Assembly (NCBI GenBank): GCA_051294375.1
Contig: CM119267.1
Span: forward strand, 17,276,606 to 17,340,605
Origin: Paraspadella gotoi
Lineage: Eukaryota; Animalia; Chaetognatha
Direction of reading: 5' to 3'
DNA length: 64,000 bases
This document shows positions 28,782-42,573 of this stretch, piece by piece. Made by a program: the position numbers and the translations under genes. How positions within the stretch are numbered: the stretch's first letter is position 1; each line of letters starts with the position of its first letter. Below the pieces are notes generated by a model. The model had not been told where the DNA came from and did no database searches. It worked only from the letters and a program-made list of their open reading frames with translations.

Positions 28782-30997
28782 AAGTTTCCCCCCTCTTTCC
28801 AAAATCAGATCACAGATGTTTTCTTCCTCGGGATCTGAGCGAAATGAAAAAGCGGAGGAGAGAAATAAAAGCGAGAAAAGAAATTGTTTCGATTGGGAGA
28901 CAAAAAAAAAAAAAAAAAAAAGAACAGCTAAGGGTCGCTGGGAGAGAGCTACAGTATCTCGATATGGTTTCATTCTTTTAACCTAAAGCCAATAAATAAT
29001 TGAATATGAAATTGGTACAACCACTATCCAGTATCCACTATATAATAGAGCGTAGGGAAAGTTACGTACGAAAATTCTAAAAGTAAATTATGAACAACAT
29101 ACCATCAGTGAACATTAATTATCAAAAAAAAAAAAAAAAAATTATGTTTTTTAATTTTTGCAGTAGGTCATATATATTTATATTTCAAAATAGGCTTTTC
29201 TTAATTTTGATTACAGATTTTAATTCATCGTCAAAAGTTGATATAAGAAAATATAACTCATTTTAAAAAAATCTTTCATTAAGTGGGTTAAAAATTAAAA
29301 AAACTATATTTAATATATAAAAAGTTAATTTTCAGCTTAAAATATAGCTTTTTCTGATTTTTGACCCACTTAATAAAGAAAATTTTTCAAAAAGAGTGAA
29401 ATTTCTTTGTATCAACTTTTTATGAGGAATCTAAATTTGCAAAAAAATCTTAGAAAAAACTGTTTTAAAATTTTAACATTTATTGGATTAATATTATGTA
29501 TTATGTATGAATATGGCCTAAAATCATCATCATCATCATCCGATAATTATAGTAGATTTTTCTAATTTTCATTAATAAAATATCAATATTTTAAAAAGAT
29601 GTAATTACATTTTTTGCTTAACTTTTTTAGCTTTATCAGAATCAATAAAAAAAACTTAAAATATCAAAACAATTTTTTTTACATTCATAGCAAAATAATA
29701 ATTTTAATTAGCGAATTACTTAATACTGTTCCCATTAAAATTTGAATTTGGTTGGCTATCGCTACTTTTAAAATCAATTCTTTACCAAATCTTTATTCTT
29801 TTTCCTTTTTATTATTTTAAAAATTTTTTAAAATTTTTTTATTTATTTTTTAAAATTTTTATTGGTTTATAATTATAATAGTAATTTTTATATTTCATTT
29901 AAGATATTAAAATAGTTTAAAAAGTTTTTTTAAAAATTAATAAATTTTTATTGTAAACAGTTATTTTTTAATTCAGTAGCTATTAGGTCAGTTTAACAAT
30001 ATATAATTTTAAAAACTATTTTTTTTAATTAGGATATTTAATTTTATTTATTGAGTTATTATCATTTAGCGATAATCATCATATATATTCCTTAAACACA
30101 TTTATATACCGGATTGTTCATATGATTTTTAAGATGGTTTTTTTGCTATATAAATTTTTTTAAAAATATTTTTAAAAAGCGTATAGAACTGTTATGATAC
30201 TGATAGTAATATATATATTTTAATTTTTTAAAATATAGAGAAAAAATGATAAACAAAGAAAGAGAGTTAGATAATAAATAAAAAAAAAAAAAAAAAGAAT
30301 AAGAGAGAGAAAGAGAGAGAGAAAAAATAAGAGAAAAAAGAAGGAATAAAATTATTAGTCAAAAATTGATTAAGGAAGCCTGGTTTCTTTTGCCCCCCCC
30401 TGGGGGCACACCTATATCATTTTTGTTAGAGGCAATCCCTAACTATGACCCCCTGGCGTGGCCCCCAGCCACCCGCCAGGGGGAAGGCTTTTATTATGAC
30501 GGTATACTTGTAGGATAACAACATTTGGGCCTTTTTTTCTCAGAGCGCCATATTTTTACTTAAATTCGGAATTAAGTTTATTATTTTATTTAAAAATTAG
30601 GTTAAATGTTGGGGTTTTGGATTAGAATAAGGATTATGTTAAAGATTATAGTTATAGATAAGGTGAGTGATTACTGATTAGGGTTAAGGGTTAGTATTTA
30701 AGGTTTAGGGTTAGGGTTAAAGATTAAAAATTAGATTTAGGTTATAGGTTTAGTAATAAATAAAGATAAAACATTAGTGTTAAATTTAAATTCAGGGTTT
30801 AAGGAATAGAAATAGGGTGGTTTTGCAAAAGAGAGCCCAAGAAAAGTAGAAAAGAGTGGAAACTAGCGAAAGGGCAACAAAAGGGGTCAGACAGAATGAA
30901 GACGAAGCAAAACGGAGGGAAAATTATGTGATTCATAACGGATGTTCGAAGTGGCAGTGATGGGATGTAATAAGTGTAATACAACAATTAATATTTG

Positions 30998-31057
<60 letters not shown>

Positions 31058-31318
31058 CTTGCTTAAGGTTCAAGTCATTTTAAAAATACATTACCCAAAG
31101 CTAACCAAATAGGAACAGTTTTACAATTATTATTTTTGCAGTAAAGAACTATGTAGTATGTAACTCTGCCCACTTTTCCCTCCCCATCTCGTCTCAACCC
31201 CTTTTTCTCTGGGCGTTCCCTCGCCCCTCCGCATATATCATTTCACCCTCCATTGACACTCACTTTTGTTTCGAAGTTAATGAGAGGCAAAGAAACAAAC
31301 CTCAATCAAACAAATCTA

Positions 31319-31399
<81 letters not shown>

Positions 31400-31725
31400 C
31401 CACAATGTCACGCGCAACTAGATTTAGCTTTTTCAGGCTGTCAGCATTGTGCTTTTATATTTCGTTGTTCACGTTTGTTTTCTTTGTTATTTTCCTTTCG
31501 CGTCATCGTACTTTTTTTTTTCCCTTGTAGCTTCTCTGGACGAAACTACAACTATGCAATATGTCTACTTTGACCTTTTATTTTAAGTATTATGTACAAG
31601 ATTTTATCACGATTCGAAACTTGAATTTTAGCAATCGTTTTTTTTTCTGACGGACCTAGGTTTTCTAGGCAGAGCAAGAAGTGTGATAGTTTTATTTCTT
31701 GCCCTTTAAAAATTTTACACGTTCT

Positions 31726-31774
<49 letters not shown>

Positions 31775-32061
31775 TTCAAAATATTCTAAACCGCGTCACA
31801 ATCGCCATACAAACTCTCAGTAATCCTCGACCTTGATGAAAAAACGTTAACAGAAAAAAAAAAAAATTACTAAATCAACAAGAAACAACCGTAAAATTAT
31901 AAAAGAGTAAAATGAAATAAACTCGTCACAGACGAATCCGTCCATTTATTTGTAAGGCACAAAAAAATAAAAGGCGTTTTACTTCGTCAGCCTTTTCCTT
32001 ACTAAATTTTTGTTGTTGCGTTTCTATCTTTCCTTCCTTTCTGTCCTTTTCTTTTCTTTTA

Positions 32062-32099
<38 letters not shown>

Positions 32100-32326
32100 C
32101 TCCCGGTCTCCCCCTTTCTCCCATCCCTTTTCTAAAAATTAAAATTTTATTCATAGTCTGTTAATCTAACCCAACACCCCCCCCTTTTTATTTCTTCCGC
32201 TGGTTTTTCTCCTCCTCTGTTTCGCATATTTTTTTGTGTCTTTGTTTGACTTTTTCAGCTTCTGCATCCCGTCGAACTTTCTCACATTGCCGTTCGAAAT
32301 CCAAAGGATTATTTCCGGATTTTTTT

Positions 32327-32454
<128 letters not shown>

Positions 32455-32945
32455 CGTTCTCATTTTTTTCCTTTGCGGTCAATCAAATTTTCTTCCCTTT
32501 TTTTTACGTGCGTAAATCATTTCTGATTTTATTCCCGATTTTATTCTTGATTTTATTTTTAGTAAGTCTTAAAGCTCTTCGTTTAGTCATTAATTTCATT
32601 TATAATTAGTCGTCTCTCTCTCGCTCTTTTTTCTCTTCCGGTCCTTCAGAAACGTTTAATATTGAAAACTGAATAGCCAATTACTATAATAGATATATTA
32701 TGTGCTGTATATTTTATTTACCACTTTAATCTTTATTTCTCGACTTTTAGTTTTTTTTTATCGATTAATTGCTTTCTATTAACCAAGTTAAAAACATAAA
32801 AAACACCAAATAATAAATTTCTTAGGGTGCGTTGTCTGTAACTTTGATAAAAATGTAAAAAAAAGCCAGATGTAAGTCTTTCGTTCGTTGTCTCTCAACT
32901 CTCCTTAATACAATTAATTTCACTTCTGTTCCGTATATGTTTGCA

Positions 32946-32999
<54 letters not shown>

Positions 33000-33615
33000 C
33001 CTTTCTTCCTTCTGATAATCAATTTATAATTTTTTACCTATTCCTAATCAACAATCAATAATTTTTTTCTCTTTGCTTTACTATCAGGAATAAATAATTA
33101 ACGAACTATTTATGTATTTAAATAAAAAACCAACTAATATGGATCGGTAACCTTCACCATGATCTCCGAGATATTATCTGTCGAACGTTCTCCCCGTTAT
33201 TTAACTTAAATTAATAACTTTATAAACTGTAACGCCATCGATTTGCCAAAGGGAAAAAAAACAAACGATAATAAACTAACTCGAACCCCATTTAAAACCC
33301 GCGCGGTAAACACAAGGTAAACTGTAAAGAGAATATTGGTCGCCGTCTCAAATCGCTAAGTAGAAACTAAGAAGATAAACCGACAAACGCCGTCTCTCTC
33401 GCTCTAGCTCATTCTCTCCCCGCCTCATTCTCCATCTTCAAGCTTAACGCTATCTGTGTTAAACGAAGCGACATCTAAGGATTAAAAGAAAATAAAACAC
33501 AACAAACAAAAGACAAGCTCAATTCCCCAACGACAGCCCCAGTTGCGACGCTCACTTTCTCCTACTTTAAACAAAACCCGTGTGGTCCCCGATATAAATA
33601 TTAACATTCTACTAA

Positions 33616-36600
33616 ATGGATGTTGTACCACCCACTTCAGCTACTAACTCCTTGGAACATTCAGGTGATTGTTTTAACTAGATTTTTGATACACTTGTTG
33701 ATTATCTATTTTTTGCATGGACCGTTTCGATGATTAAAAACACAAGTCCGAAATGTATCCCTGGTTTTACTGACTAATCTTCTGTCGGGTGCATTCGAGT
33801 TTTGCTAGTTGTCATTCTTGGCAGGCGAAGGTGTCACTACGTCGAAAGGTGACGGAATCCTGTACGAAAAACATTGAACTTTTGTGCGTCTGATGCATTT
33901 TAAATTTTCGGTCCCGGGTTTTTTTTTCGAATTTCCTTTTCATTTTATTTCTGTACTTTTTTTGAAAATTAAGGCAGCGTCGATGTCGCAATTGTTCCGT
34001 AATTAATAAATAATTCGATTCCTTGAGTTGCAGTTAATTTTTTTAGTCTCGGAACGGATCTCAAGCTAAATTACTTTCAGTAATGACTAATTACCAATCT
34101 AATCGAAGGAAAACACTTAGTAAGAAAAAAGTAATAAAAAATATCGACCTTGATCATAAAACTGTACAGTGTACACCTTTTTTGATCGATAACCATACCA
34201 ATACATACAAAAAGAAAAGCTTTAGAAATGCCTGCCTCATTCCTTCAATGAGATTTTCTAAATATTTTTAAAATTTCAATTCAGAAAAAGTATGCTATGG
34301 AAACGGTTTGCCGCCTCATGACATGGTGTCGGGCGAGTCGGGCGCCAACAGTTCGGGAAACTCAGCCACGCCTCCGACGATTCTGGACAACGACTTGTCC
34401 GTGTCGCCGCCGAGCAGCGGAGAACTGAAACCGGGTAGGGATTCAGAATCTGTAAAACGATGGGCATTTACAAAATAAAATTTAATCGTATAAAATTTAT
34501 TGATACGTAACTAATATTTATCGTAAATAGTATTAATGTATACATGGCTCTAATCGGGACACCTCTTCTATCTTTCCCCTTTCCAGCCCTCGGCATCCCG
34601 GGCTTCGTCTCCACCGCCTCTTCGCATCCTCCTTCCTCCGATCTCGAGCATTCCGTGGCTGGCTCTTTCAACTTAACGGTCACGGGAAGCTTTCACCCTT
34701 CCTTTTCATTTGGACCGCCGGCGTCGACGGCCTCTACGCCTCAAGCGCCGCCGCCGGGCTACTTCTCGGCGGCCGACAGCCCTGCTTTTTCTCCCATGCC
34801 GGCGTCGACGGCCGGACCGCCGCCGACACGTCCATCGCCTTCGCCGCCGGCGCCGCCGACGCGCGATGGCGTCGACGCGGTGTTCGAAGCGCAGGTCGAT
34901 GATTTAGTTGGCGCAGCCGCCGAAGGTCGCGGAGAAAACGAGTCGAGCGTTCACTTTGTGGATTCCTCTCCGACCGCGGAGGCCCCCTTTCCTGGCGCGA
35001 TCGCCGCCGCCGCTGGTGACGCTTCTCCCGCCTCGGCCATACCCTATTCTCAGATAAACTCGGTCTCCCACGGCGCGCCGGTGTTTATGGACCAAACGGG
35101 CGTGGTGTCGTACAACTTCGACGGCAACGTCTCTCACCCACGCGTTCCATTCGATGCTACCTCCGTTCCTCACCCAGACTTTCCTCAACATCAACCGCAG
35201 CAGTTGGTTAAAGTTTCTTCGTGTCAGCAGCTGCACAACGGGTTCCACCACAACGTCCTGCCCTTCGCGGCGTCCGACTTCGGCGTCGTCGAAGGCGGCG
35301 AAGCTGGCGGTGTCTTCGCGGCGGGTTTTCCCGCGATTAACTTGCCTCTCAACAACTCGGCCCCGGCGAACGGCGCTTCCGTCGAGGTGGCCAACGTCGG
35401 GGAATCTCGTCCGACGATCTCAGCCGCGTTTACCACCGTGAAGACCGAGTTTCCGGTCAGCGGGGTGAAGGAGCCTACGGGTTCGCCGCTCGGCGTCGCC
35501 CAACCGCTCGTCAACCCGGGAGAGAACCAAGGATCGCCGGTCGTCGATCCGGCGCTGTCCTCGCCGCCGGGCGGAGGGCCTCCCGGGGTGCAGTACAGCA
35601 ACGGAAAGGTGGCCAAGTGGCTTAACGTCAATTCTCCGCATTTCGATTTGCCGCCGTCGCCTTCGGGAAATCTCGAAAACGAAGAGGCCGGCGCGAACCC
35701 CGCGGCGAACGAGGAATTACAACAGCAACAGAACATTCAGGACTCTGGCTTGGGAGGACCCTCTTTGCTCACGCCGACGGGAAAGCAGAAGAAGATCGCC
35801 GGGCAACCGGTTCCCGGTCGGCCCGACATGATCATGGGCGAGGACGGCAAACCGCGCCCGAAAAAATATCAAAATTCCTACATGTTGTTCTGCAAAGAGG
35901 AGCGACTGAACGTCGCCAAAGACTTTCCGGAAGCCACGCCGATAGAGGTTGCCAGGATACTGGGACAGCGATGGCGCGATTTGGCGGCCGATCTCAAGCG
36001 GCCTTATCAAGAGCGAGCCAAGCGGGATAAGGACGAGTGGGTGGCCAAGTACGGAGATTACAAGTCCTTGCCCGGAATCCCGAAGAAGAAAAGGCCTTCC
36101 ACGAAAAAGACTGTCTCGAGCGGCGCTCCCGTTTTGATGAATGATGGAATGATGGCCTGCGGCGGCGGCAGCGGCACTAACCCTGGTTCGCACGTGTTCA
36201 CTGCGGCGCCACCCGAGCACGTCCTTCAAAATTCCCAAAGTCCTCAACTCGCTAACGATCCTTGGAACAATGGAACCGTCGGTCACGCCAACGGCGTTGC
36301 CTCCGGCACCCAACCTCCCTCAGACCCGAATGGCATCGTATATGGCGCCGACGGGTTTCCACCGCCGGGAGCTCATACCTTCGAACCCAACGGCGTGCCC
36401 AGGTCCCCGGGACGGGCCCTGACCCCCTCAACCGCGGATAAACTCTCTCAATTTCAACTGAGCTTTCCCGGGGGAGTTCCCGGCGTCGCGGCCGCGAACT
36501 TGCACCCTCATTCCAACTCGCCCTCATCGGGGATGACTCCCTTCGCCGCCGCTTTCTCACCGCCGGACGCCGCCGCCGCGTATCCCATTGTGCCTAATTC

Positions 36601-37132
36601 GTCTCTTTCATATCAAAACTACCCACCGCCCCCTTACACCAACAACAACCATGGACAAAACTCTCCGGCCTGGGGCCAAGGCGGGAATCAGATGGGAATC
36701 GTTCTCCATCATCAACAAACGATCGAACCCGGCGCCCGAAACTCGTCGAATCGATCGACGCCGATCCCGACGTTAGGAAAGCCGGTCATCATGGAGACTC
36801 CGCCGACGATGACGCAGCCCACTGAAGGCGTCGTCGCCGCCGAAGTGCCAGTCGCGTCGCCGTCCTCGACGCCGCAAGACCAGCTTCATCATCATCATCT
36901 CGGAATGCAGCAACATCAGATCGCTGGCGCCGCTCCCGTCGCCGCCTCGTACTCTTTGCCGCCTCTGGCCACCGCCGCCTCGCTCATCGCCAACAGCGCG
37001 TCCCCGTATCCTTCGACAGGACAACCTCTATCGGTGGGGCATTACGGACATCCGACCCACTTTTCCCAGGCCTCGGACGGGCTGCTGTGGAGCGCCATGC
37101 AGTACGCCGAGGGCGGGAACAATTACTACTAA
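33616..37132 (+). CDS. Single HMG-box DNA-binding protein with long P/S/A/G/Q low-complexity arms; exons 33616-33664, (optional 33825-33848), 34285-34434, 34587-37132
   Basis: HMG box at ~35850-36065: RPKKYQNSYMLFCKEERLNVAKDFPEATPIEVARILGQRWRDLAADLKRPYQERAKRDKDEWVAKYGDYK followed by basic PKKKRP. Upstream exons join in phase 1 (MDVVPPTSATNSLEHS|EKVCYGNG...KP|ALGIPG); the first exon is less certain. Confidence 0.88.
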
Positions 37133-40053
37133 AAAGAAAAAAAAACTCGTTGCTTATTTCGTCGTGAAACTAGAGCCGCGGTTATTGTTTTTAATATATT
37201 TTTTTTAAATTTGAATTTTAAATTAGATTCGATAATTTAGACGGAAGGGAGAGGTGGTAGGGCGGGTTGTGGGAGGCATTTTATTCGCTTTGAAAAAAAA
37301 AAAGAAAATTTCATAAAGAGAATTAATTACGATGCAGATTTTTATATTTGATTTACTTTTTCTCCCTTTTTTAACGGCGTAACAATGATTCCACGCCTCT
37401 TTTGTGACCGTTTCTGTTTCGACTTAACCGCCTTCGTATTTCCATTATGTTCCGATTGTTTAATATTAATTATTTTATTATTATTTCGTTAGCGTTTTAT
37501 CCAGAAGGGCGAGTTTGTGTAGAAGGCACAGTGTGACAGTCACTGTGACAGTGAGATTATTTTGAGAGACCCCACTGGTCGATATTTCGTATTTGACTAT
37601 TTGTTTGAAATTTATTCGTAAAGATTTAGGTTTTTCTGTTTTATACATACGTACCTCTTAATTAAAGTTCTGTCGAAATGTTCTCTTTCTCATTTTTTTT
37701 ATCCTTCTTTCTTGAGCGAAGTCATTTGTCTACTGTTATCTTTTCTAATATTTGGTTGCGTTAATACTAATAGGACTATTTGTAAGTAGATAAATCACGG
37801 AATAGCCGAATTAGTGATTAGAGAAGTTCTTTTTTGCTAATTTACATGGTTTATTTAAATCCTCTTTACTTTCTATTATTTATCGGTCACTCACAAGACC
37901 ATTATCGAATCTATCGAATAACGTGTTCATTGATATTTTGAATCCGTTGAATTGTGATAAACTGCGATATAACCTTGATTATTTTTCAGTTTGGGCTTGT
38001 TGCAAAGAATTATCATTAGCAGGTGTAGCAAAAAGTAATACTAATATATGGATTTGGGGTAAAATGCTCCGGTTTTTTGTAAGTGTTTAAATTTAATTTT
38101 TTAAAACATTTTTGGAAAATTAACAAATTCTTAAAAATTATATATAAAAAATCTTACATAAATGTATATAATATTATTTAGATAAGCATTACCTTCACTC
38201 TGATTTAAGACTTAGAACATGTTTTATGAATTTATATAAAACTCTAATTTAAAATATCAAAATATCCATACTTTCTTGTTCACCTGTTAGTGGTATACGT
38301 TAATCATGAAAAGTTTTTGACACAATTTCAATTTTGATTGATAAAATCATTAAACTCACACTCAGAAACATACATGTATCATTATCGATCATTATTTCTT
38401 GCGTAAATTGTTGACTTGTTTCATCCAGTTTTATATCGAATTCTTTGTCATGTTTTATTTTTTCATTGCGACAAACGTAGGACGATTAAGTACATAAATT
38501 AAATTAGTTTTTGCATTTCCCCCATGAACAATTTTTAAGAGCCCTAAGATAAAAGAGAAATTCTCATGGGTGCCAAGCCCTGTTATGTTAGTAGCCAGTT
38601 TTCTAGTCTTTCCCCCTTCATTTACTCTGTACCTCTATTTAAATATGCTCTTTGACCCTTAAAAAAATAAAAGTTAGTAAAGAAGAATCTGATTATTTAT
38701 CAATGCCATTTTTATAGTAACGACAGAGTTAGTGAATGAACTAAAAACTGTGAATCAGATCTCATTATGAGGTTGACGGTTTCGCAATAACTGTCAGTTT
38801 CTTTCTGGCACATTGAAATAGGCACGTCTGTCTGTGTAAGCACATGCTAGTTGTGATAAAAGATGTTTACGAACCACAGGTTGAGCTGTCGTATCATGAT
38901 CAGTGGTCATGTCAGTACGATGAGAGAATTAATTAGCTCGTTGAAAGGTGGTGCGTTCAGGGCTGCCGCATTGCTACGTAAAAAAAAATTAAGCAACAAG
39001 AAAAACCTAGGCTGATAAGGCCCTTTAGACTTTATTAGGTTTTGATATACACTGGGGAAGATTACTATTATTAGTATTAATAATATTAATAAAGAGCTTG
39101 ACATAAAACTTCGATGCAATATAAATCCAATGCGCGTTGGTCTTTTATTTACTCATTCAAGTCGCCAGTTGGAATAAGCTCGTTAGCTCTCTCGAGCGAT
39201 AATATTCCTGTACCATGTCCTTGTTCTGACAAGTGATTTGGTATTTAGTATTTAAAATTTTTCGTTCTCACAAATATGCAAGTCATGATGAGTGAGCATG
39301 AGTCAGCAATAACTCAAGTTCAAAATTGTTATAGTTATCCACTAAATTTGATTATCAAAATGTCACCTTTCACCTTAGGCTTATCTAATTCATGAGCAAT
39401 ATCTTTAAATTTTTTTCCTTTTTTTAATTATTAATTCGACCTCGACTAAATCCGCGACTCAAGTGGAGAGAAAATTATTATTAAAAACAATAATTAGTAT
39501 TCCTCTTGACATTAGGATTCTTATAGCAATAATAAATTTATAAAGATTGAAATTTTTATTCTTAAATATTTAATTTTTTTTAGTTAAAAAACTATTGTAA
39601 ATATTGGGAAATAAGACCTAACTTCAAGTTGAAGGGTTCAATGTTCAAATGCCAATTTCTTGTTCAAGCGGACTTTTCGCGAAAGTTCGAGATTTTGTCA
39701 TTTCCGAGAATTGAAAAAAAAAATCGACCTTAAAAAGCGCCACGCCGTCCCATTTGATAATCTAAAGGATTTTTTTATGAATGCTAATTAAAACGCAAAA
39801 ACGTAAGTGGTTAAAATATTATCTGAAAAAAAGAGTTTTTTCTACATTTATAAGTAACATAAAGGTATGAAGGACAACATTGAAAGAACCCCCTCCTCGA
39901 CCTAGCGGAGAGGGAGAAGACGTTGGGAGAGAAACTGTACTGAAGACCGGGATCGCGGGCGCCGTAATGTTTATAAGTTTCTTATTCACTTGGAGTCTTG
40001 ATATTTAATGGGTACTGTGGCGAATCCTAAATTCGCTTGGTGAAACTCCGCTC

Positions 40054-40280
40054 GTCCCATTGGCTTGGACAGCTAAGTACACGTTCACCAACCGTGAGTT
40101 CCTGGTTCAATCCCCTCACGGTCACGCTGGTTAAAGTGTGATGCTGTCGGCATAAACACGCCAGTGATATGGGGTGGTCACTGCGGGTCCAAACCCCTGA
40201 GCGCCAGCTGTCGGGAGATACCTCACACACCAGGCATCACACATGTCCCCCCGTTGCCATAGTACCTTAATAAAATAAAG
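40054..40280 (+). mobile_element. tRNA-derived SINE-like element
   Basis: A-box-like tggcttggacag (40061), B-box ggttcaatccc (40104), GC-rich body, A-rich end taataaaataaa. Confidence 0.6.
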
Positions 40281-40479
40281 CATATAGATATACAGACAAT
40301 AATAATCAAACCGTGTATTATGTAATAATATTCAAACGTTTCAACGCAGAATCCCGAATAATCGCGATAGAGAGACGAGACGAAAGTCAATATCTCTTCC
40401 GTGAAAAACAGCATCTGTGTTATGGTCGTCTGGACTTTACAACATGCGTACATTATGTATTTATTTCGTTTTTTTCAGC

Positions 40480-41920
40480 ATGGACGCTTTGATTCAAATG
40501 TTCTCCGAGTCCCTGGCCATTCCTGACGACTGGCAAAGAAAAGCCACTGCTACTTTTCAAAGGATCCTTCTATTGTTTCAGGAGAGATCCGAATACTCAT
40601 TGGATCGATTTCGCATCGTTGGCGGCGTCGCAAAGAAAACTTCCACCTGCTTGAAAGCAGATGTAGACGTCTGCGTTTACTACAACGATGACGTCGGTAG
40701 GGAACCGGTAAGTGCACTGGTAATGCACAGAAAGGAGTTGCAGAAATTGTACCGTTTATTTGTGGTTACAGGTTCTAAATGACCTGGAAGACATCCTTCT
40801 AATGAATACAGATTTGAAAACCAGCGATGTGCGAAAAACGGAGTATTTGCTTTCCTTCACGTACGAAGAAATCCCATTCGACGTCGTGGTTGTCAAAAAT
40901 TTGGTAATTGGCTCTCGAGAGAACGTGGAACAGTTACAGTTGGAATTGGAACTACGGGAAGTGAAGAAATACAAAGATCCAAAAGTGGCGCAGAAAGAAC
41001 TGACCCTCTCTATTCAGAGCGTTGAGTGGATGAAGGAGAAATCCAAGTTGTGTCACGACATCGCACGTTTAGCAAAATATTGGTCACAAACTTTGCTCTA
41101 CGACAAAAAAGCTGATGGAAAATCGTATATCATTGAGCTCTTGGCCGTGAAAAGCGCCATCCAGGTCGAGAACACAGCAGGTAGTCATCCAGGCGGTCTG
41201 TACGCCGCAGCTTTTCGCCAGTTTCTCGAATATGTTAAAAACTTGAGAGAGGTCAAAATTTGTTTTGATACCAACTCGTTCGAGGTTCTCAGATTTCCCG
41301 CGAAATAATGAGGAAAGTCCCTTTGCTCCTAATCCGGTCAATCCCCATCAAAATTTGCTCGAATGATATTCCTGATGATTTCTTTGACATCTTTGTTCTT
41401 GCGCTCGCGCGAATCGCTGTCAGAATTGCAAAATTTCGCCAGAGTTATCAGGAAGAAAGCGCTCTCTTTTTTTCATGCCCCACCCAAGCTGTACGACTTG
41501 AAAGACAAGGTCTTTTATACCACCGAAATTATTTTAGGCACTGAAAATAAAAGCTTCTCTTGCCAAAATTATGGTGAATCGTGAAAATAAGAAAAACCAG
41601 TCGACGAGAGAGCATGAATAAGATGCAAATATTTTCATCCATTGTTTGCGCATAACTTCGCGCTGTTTTGCAAGCTAAAAGTTTTGGACATTTCCAAAGG
41701 ACGCGCCACAAAATTAACGTCTTGTAATAAGCATGGCAGAGAGCCAAGTGATGAGAAGTGAAAGATTTCTTAAAAGATATCTTTGCTGGTATGTTAGAGT
41801 TTCACTGATGCTGGACCAACTTCTGAGAGACACGAGTCTCGTTATTGCACACTTTTTTAAAAAAAGGGTGACGAAACACCGTAGTTAAGTTTTCCTTTGA
41901 TCTCCGTAGCGTTTTCTGTG
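40480..41920 (+). CDS. 2'-5'-oligoadenylate synthetase (OAS)-like nucleotidyltransferase; exons 40480-40707 and 40772-~41920; frame broken after ~41290 (sequence error or pseudogenisation)
   Basis: NTase signature hGG-x9-ADVDV (IVGGVAKKTSTCLKADVDV) and third Asp in IPFDVVVV. OAS C-lobe-like segments WMKEKSKLCHDIARLAKYW, KSYIIELLAV, AAAFRQFLEYVKNLREVKICF, and PLLL/PVNPHQNL across an indel. One 64-nt gtaagt...acag intron. Confidence 0.85.
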
Positions 41921-42377
41921 AATGTATGAAATTACATAAAAGAAAAGAGAGAGAGAGAAAACTTTATCTACGTAACCTCGAAAACGAGGTAGTTTGTAGT
42001 GTAGGACATAAACTCTCGTTGTAGTTCGTCGCTCCTAACTTCCTTTTGTGAACATTGTTGTTTGTTATTATTCTATTGATATGTTTTGATTATGATTTCC
42101 TTTCATACAGATTGTGATAATATTAATTAGCCATCGACGGGGTTTAGTATTGGTTTTGTATGTGTATTACTCATATGTCATTCTATATGTATTTTATGTG
42201 CTTGACTATTTATTTTGCGGAACTTACCCGAGAGAACATTGCTATTCTGATTGTATACCGATGCTTCCTTTTGCTTACCTCCAATTCTAGATCATGCTTG
42301 ATCTCAAAGACTTGCGTTTCAACCAGCGTTATTGATACTCTCAGAAGGGTGAGCAAGAGACAGAAAACCCTGCTCAT

Positions 42378-42573
42378 CAGTAGAAGGTCCAGCTCTTTTC
42401 GGTAAAAGTTTAAGTACTTACAGTACAGCATTGCTACCGGGTGTAGTTCTTTTTAATAGATCATATTATCCTTACAATTTTTTATATTTGTACAAATTCT
42501 TATTCACTTACGGTAATATTTACCCATCCAAATGAATTTTTAAATAATTTCCTAAAAGAGCTGGACCTCCCTG
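42378..42573. mobile_element. Small MITE-like element with terminal inverted repeats
   Basis: Perfect 15-bp inverted pair aggtccagctctttt (42385-42399) / aaaagagctggacct (42554-42568), extendable imperfectly to CAG...CTG ends. Target-site duplication is not clear. Confidence 0.5.

Noticed and set aside
30595-30805. Telomeric TTAGGG array (weaker traces at ~52555 and ~53590)
   Set aside because: Only two consecutive perfect units within degenerate sequence at an internal position; probably part of an interspersed repeat.
33591-33600. TATA box for the HMG gene
   Set aside because: Only ~20 nt before the proposed ATG, so transcription would start inside the CDS.
40054-40125. tRNA genes here and at 43075-43143
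   Set aside because: A/B-box-like motifs are present but I could not fold a proper acceptor stem; both run into a non-tRNA body, so they are treated as SINE heads.
40480-41920. Bacterial CBASS/CD-NTase contamination
   Set aside because: It has a canonical spliceosomal intron, is contiguous with SINE-like repeats and animal genes, and no operonic cap genes are visible.
42300-42382. Second hammerhead on the minus strand (CTGATGA ... GAAAcgcaaGTC)
   Set aside because: The two core halves are not joined by a closing stem II, and CTGATGA overlaps the MITE end, so the match may be fortuitous.
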